64,000 nucleotides of DNA, taken from positions 3,434 through 67,433 of the forward strand of contig DATHJB010000017.1 of NCBI GenBank assembly GCA_035316325.1, in the 5' to 3' direction. The stretch comes from Acidimicrobiales bacterium. GTDB taxonomy: Bacteria > Actinomycetota > Acidimicrobiia > Acidimicrobiales > VFJN01. The position numbers were made by a program, and so were the translations under genes. Shown piece after piece: positions 57,495-64,000 of the stretch. The notes under the pieces were generated by a model that saw only the letters and a list, made by a program, of their open reading frames with translations, ran no database searches and was not told the origin of the DNA. Numbering within the stretch: the first letter of the stretch is position 1; each line of letters starts with the position of its first letter.

Positions 57495-57551
57495 AACGGC
57501 TTCTCAAGATGCCCACGAGAAGCCAACCCCCTGGATGTTGAGGAGAGGACG

Positions 57552-58757
57552 ATGAAGAGGAGATCGGGAGCGCTGCTCGTCATGGCAACCCTGCTGGTGG
57601 CGGTCGCGGGCTGCTCGGTGGGCACCAACGACGACAAGGCCGGCGACGTCGAGATCGACAGCGGCGACGGCGGCGACGACACGACCACCACCACCGAGGC
57701 CCCGGCCGACGACGGCGACAACGGCGACGGCGACACGACCGAGGAAGCCCCCGAGGGCGCCCTCCTGCTGATCATGGACGCGTCCGGGTCGATGAACGAG
57801 CTCGACTCGACGGGCAAGCCGCTGATCGACAGCGCCAAGGAGGCCCTGCACGGTGTCGTCGACAGCCTGCCCGACGGCCTGCACACCGGCCTCCGGGTGT
57901 TCGGCCACCGCTACCCCAACACCGACAAGGCCAACGGCTGCCGGGACAGCGAGCTGATCTCCCCGATCGACCCGCTCGACCGGGAGGCGCTCAACGACGC
58001 CATCGACGGCTACCAGGCCAAGGGCTTCACGCCGATCGGCTACTCCCTGCAGGAGGCGGCCAAGGACCTGCCGCCGGAGGGCCCGCGCACGATCATCCTG
58101 GTGTCCGACGGCGACGACACCTGCGCCCCGCCCGACCCCTGCCAGATCGCCCAGGACCTGCGGGCCGACGGCGTCGAGGTGGTCGTCAACACGGTCGGGT
58201 TCGCCCTCGGCGACAACCAGACCGCCCGTGACCAGCTCACCTGCATCGCGGAGGCGACCGATGGCCAGTTCACCGACGTCGCCGAGGCCGGCGACCTGGC
58301 CTCCACCCTGGAGGACGTCTCGGCCCGGGAGACCCGCCGCATCGAGACCCGCGGCCAGGAGCTGACGGGCGCGGCCATCCCTCGCGACGCCGAGACGGGC
58401 GAGCTGGACACCCAGTACGTCGACACCGTGGTCCACGGCGAGGTGAACTTCTACCGGTTCGAGATCGAGCCGGGCAGCCGGGTCGAGGCCGAGGTGTACA
58501 CGGCCGGCAACCCGAACGGCGACAGCGACCTCCACTGCATGGCCACCTACCTCGTCGACAAGGCCGACACGTTCTACGCCTACAGCGACCAGGGCGGCGA
58601 CTCCGCCTCCGAGGACCAGATCGACATCATCGAGCCGACTGACGTGAACGACGCCGACGAGGTCTTCCTCAAGCTCGACTCGTCGGACTGCATGGGCAGC
58701 GGCGGCAACCCGAACATCCAGTTCGACGTCGAGCTGCTGGTGCGGGTGGTCGAGTAG
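57552..58757 (+). CDS. VWA-domain lipoprotein
   Basis: VAGC lipobox, MIDAS DASGS, FTPI, VSDG, and a C-terminal beta-rich domain. Confidence 0.88.
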   Translation: MKRRSGALLVMATLLVAVAGCSVGTNDDKAGDVEIDSGDGGDDTTTTTEAPADDGDNGDGDTTEEAPEGALLLIMDASGSMNELDSTGKPLIDSAKEALHGVVDSLPDGLHTGLRVFGHRYPNTDKANGCRDSELISPIDPLDREALNDAIDGYQAKGFTPIGYSLQEAAKDLPPEGPRTIILVSDGDDTCAPPDPCQIAQDLRADGVEVVVNTVGFALGDNQTARDQLTCIAEATDGQFTDVAEAGDLASTLEDVSARETRRIETRGQELTGAAIPRDAETGELDTQYVDTVVHGEVNFYRFEIEPGSRVEAEVYTAGNPNGDSDLHCMATYLVDKADTFYAYSDQGGDSASEDQIDIIEPTDVNDADEVFLKLDSSDCMGSGGNPNIQFDVELLVRVVE

Positions 58758-58814
58758 CCACCACGGTCGGCGAGGCGGTGCGTCCCGCGCGGAGGACGCA
58801 CCGCCTCGGCGCGC

Positions 58815-60683
58815 CTACGCGCCGACGGCGTCGGTCTCGGGCTCGGTATCGGTGTCGTCGGCCACCGAGGCACCCCCGGCGATCCACGTGGCGTAGAGCT
58901 TGGTGTAGTGGCCGCCGGCGTCGAGCAGCTCGTCGTGGCTGCCCAGCTCCACCAGCTCGCCGTCGGCCACCACGCCCACCCGGTCGGAGCGCTCGGCGGT
59001 CGACAGGCGGTGGGCGATCACCACCACCGTGCGGCCGTCGAGGAGCCGGTCGACGGCGTCCTCCACCAACGCCTCCGTGCCGGGGTCGAGGCTCGACGTG
59101 GCCTCGTCGAGCACCAGCACCGCCGGGTTGGCCAGCGCCGCCCGGGCCAGCGAGATGAGCTGCTTCTCCCCCGCGGACAGCCGGCTGCCCCGCTCGCGCA
59201 CCTCCGTCTCGAGGCCCTCGGGCATGGCGGCGAAGCGCTCGTAGGCGCCGACCGCCCGCAGCGCGGCGTCGACCTCCTCCTCGCCGGCGTCGATCCGGGC
59301 GAGCCGCACGTTGTCGCGGATCGAGCCGTTGAACAGGAACCCCTCCTGGGGGATGACCACCACCCGATCGCGCAGGGAGCCCAACGTGGCGTCCCGCAGG
59401 TCGACGCCACCGAAGCGCACCCGGCCCTCGGTCGGGTCGTAGAGCCGGGCGATCAGCTTGGCCAGGGTCGACTTGCCCGCCCCGGTGGGCCCCACCAGCG
59501 CCAGGCGGGAGCCGGCCGGGATGGACAGCGACACGTCGGACAGCACGGGGTCGGGGTCGACGTCGCGGGTCTCCTCGGCATCGGGGTCCGCCACCACCTC
59601 GTAGGCGAAGCTCACCCCGTCGACCTCGATGTCGCCCCTCGCCGGCAGGTCGACGGCCGCCTGCCGCTCGGGCACGTCGACGGGCGTGTCGAGCAGGTCG
59701 AACAGCTTGTGCAGCCCGGCCGCCGCCGACTGCACCATGTTGAACAGCTGGCTGAGCTGCTGCAGCGGCTCGAACAGGTTGGCCAGGGCCAGCACGAAGA
59801 ACGCCACGGTCCCCACCGAGACGCTGCCGTCGTGCACCAGCCAGCCGCCGAAGCCCAGCGCCAGGGCGGTGGTGCCCCACCCGGCCAGCTCGATCACCGG
59901 CATGTACCAGGCCGACACCCACACCGACCGCATGTGGCTGTCGAACAGGCGCCGGCTGCGGGTGCGGAAGCGGTCGACCTCCACGTCCTCGCGGGCGAAG
60001 GCCTGCACCACCCGCACCCCGGCGATGCCCTCCTGGAGGTGCGACAGCGTGGAGCCGATGTCCTCGCGCACGTCGAGGTAGGCCTCGTTGGAGTCGCGCT
60101 GGAACTTGATGCTGGCGACGATCACCGGCGGCATCGCCAGGGCGCACACCAGCAGCAGCTGCCACGACACGGTGGCCAGCACCACCACGGAGATCACCAG
60201 CAGCAGGCCGTTGCTCACGAACATCGCCAGGCCCATCTGCACGAGCTCGGCCAGCGAGTCGATGTCGGAGGTCATGCGCGACACGATCACGCCGGCCTTC
60301 TCGCGGTCGTAGTACGGCATCGACAGGCGTTGCAGGTGGGCGAACACGCTGATGCGCAGGTCGCGGAGGAACTCCTCGCCGATCCGGCTGATCGACATGA
60401 ACTGCACCCGGTTGGCCAGGTAGGCGAGGGCGGCGACGATCACGTAGCCGATCACCGCCCGGTCGAGGACGCCGCCGTCGTCGCGCTCGATGCCCGAGTC
60501 GATGCCCCAGCGGACCAGCAGCGGCCCGGCCAGCACGGTGGCGGTCCACAGCATCACCATGGCCAGGGAGAACAGCACCCGCCGGCGCTGGGGCCGCAGC
60601 CGGGCCGCAGCGCGCCGCATCACCGAGCCCGCCTGCTTGACGTCGAGGCGCTCCTCGTCGCTCACACCGGCGCTACGCCACAT
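58815..60683 (-). CDS. Heterodimeric ABC exporter subunit (TMD+NBD)
   Basis: GPTGAGKS, LSAGEKQ, LVLDEATS. Start at ATG 60683. Confidence 0.92.
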   Translation of the reverse strand: MWRSAGVSDEERLDVKQAGSVMRRAAARLRPQRRRVLFSLAMVMLWTATVLAGPLLVRWGIDSGIERDDGGVLDRAVIGYVIVAALAYLANRVQFMSISRIGEEFLRDLRISVFAHLQRLSMPYYDREKAGVIVSRMTSDIDSLAELVQMGLAMFVSNGLLLVISVVVLATVSWQLLLVCALAMPPVIVASIKFQRDSNEAYLDVREDIGSTLSHLQEGIAGVRVVQAFAREDVEVDRFRTRSRRLFDSHMRSVWVSAWYMPVIELAGWGTTALALGFGGWLVHDGSVSVGTVAFFVLALANLFEPLQQLSQLFNMVQSAAAGLHKLFDLLDTPVDVPERQAAVDLPARGDIEVDGVSFAYEVVADPDAEETRDVDPDPVLSDVSLSIPAGSRLALVGPTGAGKSTLAKLIARLYDPTEGRVRFGGVDLRDATLGSLRDRVVVIPQEGFLFNGSIRDNVRLARIDAGEEEVDAALRAVGAYERFAAMPEGLETEVRERGSRLSAGEKQLISLARAALANPAVLVLDEATSSLDPGTEALVEDAVDRLLDGRTVVVIAHRLSTAERSDRVGVVADGELVELGSHDELLDAGGHYTKLYATWIAGGASVADDTDTEPETDAVGA

Positions 60684-62496
60684 GCGTCGCTCCCCTGTCA
60701 CTGTTGGCGGCGAGCACCTCGCGGTACCGCGAGCTGGTCGCCAGCAGCTCGTCGTGCGTGCCCGTGGCGGCGACCCGGCCACCGTCGATCAGGACCACCC
60801 GGTCGGCCAGGGCGATCGTCGCCGGCCGGTGGGCGATCACGAGCGTCGTCCGACCCGCCATCACCTCGCCGAGGGCGCCGCGGATCTCGTGCTCCTTGGT
60901 GGGGTCGACGGCCGACGTGGCGTCGTCGAGGATCAGCACCCGCGGGTCGGCCAGGATGGCCCGGGCGATGGCGAGGCGCTGCCGCTGGCCGCCCGACAGC
61001 GAGTAGCCCCGCTCGCCGATGCGGGTGTCGTAGCCGTCGGTCAGCCCCCGCACGAAGTCGTCGGCGCCGGCCAGGCGGGCCGCCCGCACCACCTCCTCCG
61101 GCGCCGCGCCCGGGTCCGCGAAGGCGATGTTCATGGCCACGGTGTCGCTGAACAGGAACGTCTCCTCGAACACGATCCCGACGGCCCGCCGCAGCTCCCG
61201 CAGGGCCACGTCGCGCACGTCGACGCCGTCGAGCAGGATCCGACCGCCGTCGACGTCGTAGTAGCGGGGCAGCAGCCGGCCGATCGTGCTCTTGCCCGAC
61301 CCGGTGGAGCCCACCAGGGCCACCGACTCGCCGGGCCGGATGGTCAGGTCGAACCCGGCGAACACCGGCGCCCCTCCGTAACCGAACGTCACGTCCTCGA
61401 AGCGCACCTCGCCGACGGGCCCGTCCGTCGAGCCGCCGTTGCCGCCGGGGCCGTCGGTGCCGCGGTCCCGGACGACCGCCGGCAGCGACACCGGGTGGTG
61501 GGGGTCGGTGACCTCCGGCTCGGTGGCCAGCACCTCCTGCACCCGGCCCGCCGACACCGCCGCCCGCTGCGCCTGGGCCACGATCCAGCCGAGCATCCGC
61601 AGCGGCCAGATCAGCATGGTCACGTACACGTTGAAGGCGACGAGGTCGCCCAGGCTGAGGCTGCCCTCGAGCACCCGGTGGCCGCCGTAGCCGAGCACGG
61701 CGATGAAGCCGATCATCGGCAGCAGCTCCAGCGCCGGCACGAACTGGGCGCGGGTGCGGGCGGCGCCCAGCGACTCGCTGAACACGTCGTCGGCCTCGAC
61801 CTGCAGGCGGGCGGCCTGGATCTGCTCGGCGCCGAGCCCCTTCACCACCCGCACGCCGGCCACCGACTCCTCCACCACCGCGGCCAGCTCCGCCGACTCC
61901 CGCTGGATGCCGGTCACGAACGGGTGCAGGCGCCGGGAGAAGCGGGTGGCCAGCACGTTCATCAGCGGCAGCGACCCCAGCGCCAGCAGCGTGAGCAGCG
62001 GGTCGATGGCGACGAGGATCGCGGTGACCGCCAGCACGGTGGCGCCGTTGGAGATCGTCAGCGGGACCAGCACCAGGAACGCCTGCACCTGCTGCAGGTC
62101 GGTGTTGGCCCGGCTCATCAGCTCGCCGGCCTGGGCCCGGTCGTGGAAGCCGAAGTGGAGCCGCTGCAGGTGGGCGAACATCCGCTCGCGCAGGTCGGTC
62201 TCCACCCAGCGGGCGACGCGGAACGCGTGGTAGCGGCGCAGGCCGGTGAACACGGCCGAGACGACGGCGACGGCTCCGAGCGCCAGCGACCAGGTGCGCA
62301 GGGCACCCGCGTCGTCGGCCTTGATGCCCTCGTCGATGGCCTGCTTCACCAGCACGCCGGTGCTGACCTTGGCGGCCGTCCACACCAGTCCGGCGGCGAC
62401 GGCGGCGGCGATGCCTCTTCGCTGCTGACGAGCCTCCGCACGGATGAGACCCCAGCCGGCTGCCGAGGTCGTGTCCTGGCCCATCCGCTCCGCCAT
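60673..62496 (-). CDS. Heterodimeric ABC exporter subunit (degenerate Walker B)
   Basis: GSTGSGKS, LSGGQRQ, LILDDATS. Confidence 0.92.
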   Translation of the reverse strand: MAERMGQDTTSAAGWGLIRAEARQQRRGIAAAVAAGLVWTAAKVSTGVLVKQAIDEGIKADDAGALRTWSLALGAVAVVSAVFTGLRRYHAFRVARWVETDLRERMFAHLQRLHFGFHDRAQAGELMSRANTDLQQVQAFLVLVPLTISNGATVLAVTAILVAIDPLLTLLALGSLPLMNVLATRFSRRLHPFVTGIQRESAELAAVVEESVAGVRVVKGLGAEQIQAARLQVEADDVFSESLGAARTRAQFVPALELLPMIGFIAVLGYGGHRVLEGSLSLGDLVAFNVYVTMLIWPLRMLGWIVAQAQRAAVSAGRVQEVLATEPEVTDPHHPVSLPAVVRDRGTDGPGGNGGSTDGPVGEVRFEDVTFGYGGAPVFAGFDLTIRPGESVALVGSTGSGKSTIGRLLPRYYDVDGGRILLDGVDVRDVALRELRRAVGIVFEETFLFSDTVAMNIAFADPGAAPEEVVRAARLAGADDFVRGLTDGYDTRIGERGYSLSGGQRQRLAIARAILADPRVLILDDATSAVDPTKEHEIRGALGEVMAGRTTLVIAHRPATIALADRVVLIDGGRVAATGTHDELLATSSRYREVLAANSDRGATHVA

Positions 62497-62672
62497 GTCC
62501 CGCTATGACCCCCCTGCCCTGGCGCCTGACCCGGCGGTCAGGTTAGCGGCGGGGTGGACGAGTCCTTCCGGGCCGCGACTGTGCCCGGGCGACCCGCCAT
62601 GCCCGTTCCGCTACGTCCACTCCCTATGGTACGAAACCGGCCCGGGTTGTGCCGAGCCGGGGTTCGGAACGG

Positions 62673-63575
62673 TCAGTCGGCCTGCACCCGGACGTGGTCG
62701 CCGACGCGCACTCGACCGCCCGCCTGCACCTCGCAGTAGACCCCGGCACAGGCCCACGTCCCGAAGCCCGCGATCTCCACCCGGTTGTGGGCCGCGATGG
62801 TCCTCAGGGTGCGGCGGTCGCGGGGCAGCTCCTCCTGCGCCAGCGTCGTCATCACGCAGCGCATGGTCGGGAGCTGGACGCCGAGCGTCGCGCCGTCGTC
62901 GCCCAGCACCACCTTCCGTCCGACCCAGTCGTTCTCCACGAAGCCCTCACCCGCGGCCTCGGCCTCGGCCTCGAGGAGCACGTTGGGCCGGTAGCGGCGC
63001 ACGTCGAAGGTGGCCTCGGGGTCGAGCTCCGCCAGCCTCGCCAGCGTCGCCGTGGTCAGCAGGTGCACCACCGACAGGTCGAAGAACGTCCCGGGTGGTG
63101 CGAACAGCCCCGCCGGGATGGCGCTGACCACGTCGCCGTCCTCTTCACGGCCGATGGCGGTCTGGTCGACGAACTCCTCCGGCGCGAGGCCGGCGATGTC
63201 CGGCCACACCTCCTCGAACTCCAGACCCGTGGTGTGGGGCGTCGCCACGGCGAGCCGCACGTCGCGGCCGAGGGCCTTCGACAGCCAGGTGTCGACGTCG
63301 GGATCGTCGGAGCGCACCGCGCCGTCGGGCCCGGTGATCACCACGGGCGGCGGCGGGCCGGCAACCGTCGGCTCGTCGACGAACCGGGCGGCGAAGCCGA
63401 GCAGCCCGGCCCACTTGCGAGGGTTCTTGGCGCTGGCGATCTTCCCGTCGACCTGGTCGATCAGGGCGTAGGCCCGGTCGCCCAGCACCCCCGCCGGGCC
63501 GACCACGGCCTCGTCGAGCACCTCGCCCCGCATCGACTTGACCGGGTACCGATACAGACCGTGCACCACCGGCAT
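62673..63575 (-). CDS. MOSC domain protein
   Basis: LYRYPVKSMRGE, GDRAYA, RYRPN, RCVMT. Confidence 0.9.
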   Translation of the reverse strand: MPVVHGLYRYPVKSMRGEVLDEAVVGPAGVLGDRAYALIDQVDGKIASAKNPRKWAGLLGFAARFVDEPTVAGPPPPVVITGPDGAVRSDDPDVDTWLSKALGRDVRLAVATPHTTGLEFEEVWPDIAGLAPEEFVDQTAIGREEDGDVVSAIPAGLFAPPGTFFDLSVVHLLTTATLARLAELDPEATFDVRRYRPNVLLEAEAEAAGEGFVENDWVGRKVVLGDDGATLGVQLPTMRCVMTTLAQEELPRDRRTLRTIAAHNRVEIAGFGTWACAGVYCEVQAGGRVRVGDHVRVQAD

Positions 63576-63614
63576 CGCTCCCCCTCCCGTTGGGGGGCGA
63601 CGCTACCGTGAGCC

Positions 63615-64000
63615 GTGGTGAGCGCCTCCGACCTGGTCCCCGTGGTGTCGCCGGAGACGGCGGACGTCGACCGCCGGGGCGTCGTGAGCCGGCTGGCCGT
63701 GCTGGGCGGGATCGCCGGCGTGACCGGCTACGTGTTCCTCGCCGACCCCGACGGCACCGGCACCTACCCCCGCTGCCCGAGCCGCTGGCTGCTGGGGATC
63801 GACTGCCCGGCGTGCGGCGGCCTGCGGGGCACCAACGCCCTGCTGCACGGCCGCATCGGCGAGGCCCTCGACCACAACCTGCTGTTGCCGGGTCTCCTCG
63901 GCGCCTTCGCACTGCTGCTGGGGCTGTGGCTGCTGCCGCTCTTCGGCCGCCCGGAGCGTCAGCTGCGCCTGCCCGCCTGGCTGGCGGTCACGCTGGTGGG
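63615..64000 (+). CDS. DUF2752-like membrane protein (runs off the window)
   Basis: YPRCPSRWLLGIDCPACGGLRG..ALLHG...A..HN, flanked by TM segments. Confidence 0.8.
   Translation, partial: MVSASDLVPVVSPETADVDRRGVVSRLAVLGGIAGVTGYVFLADPDGTGTYPRCPSRWLLGIDCPACGGLRGTNALLHGRIGEALDHNLLLPGLLGAFALLLGLWLLPLFGRPERQLRLPAWLAVTLV

Overview
64 kb of very GC-rich actinobacterial chromosome. Gene content and style suggest class Acidimicrobiia, which is an inference. I saw no rRNA, tRNA, CRISPR array or intact integrase/transposase. The left ~9.4 kb looks like an accreted accessory region. It holds an HD-GYP/LuxR regulator, an NTF2-like gene, a P450, a broken OsmC, a catalytically dead HtpX-like gene, an IS481-like scar and a MerR-controlled ABC exporter. 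It is punctuated by a ~385-bp duplication of the 3' end of a hydantoinase B/oxoprolinase gene, an att-like architecture. The rest is mostly core or metabolic: oxoprolinase A/B, rnhA, aceE, an OatA-like acyltransferase, two heterodimeric ABC exporters, two Phd-VapC toxin-antitoxin pairs, an orphan amidase and a two-component system. Main findings: (1) a Suf Fe-S system split into two convergent operons (sufC-sufS-sufU and sufB-X-sufD-fdx-sufC') that share a 26-bp dyad operator, carry two SufC paralogues and embed an uncharacterised 4-Cys protein; (2) a GMC oxidase fused to a Cys-nucleophile alpha/beta hydrolase, bracketed by two STAND-type ATPases (pseudo-cyclase-AAA and SARP-AAA); (3) the oplB 3' end as a probable integration hotspot; (4) a 29-bp inverted repeat pair bracketing a 2.4-kb three-gene segment.
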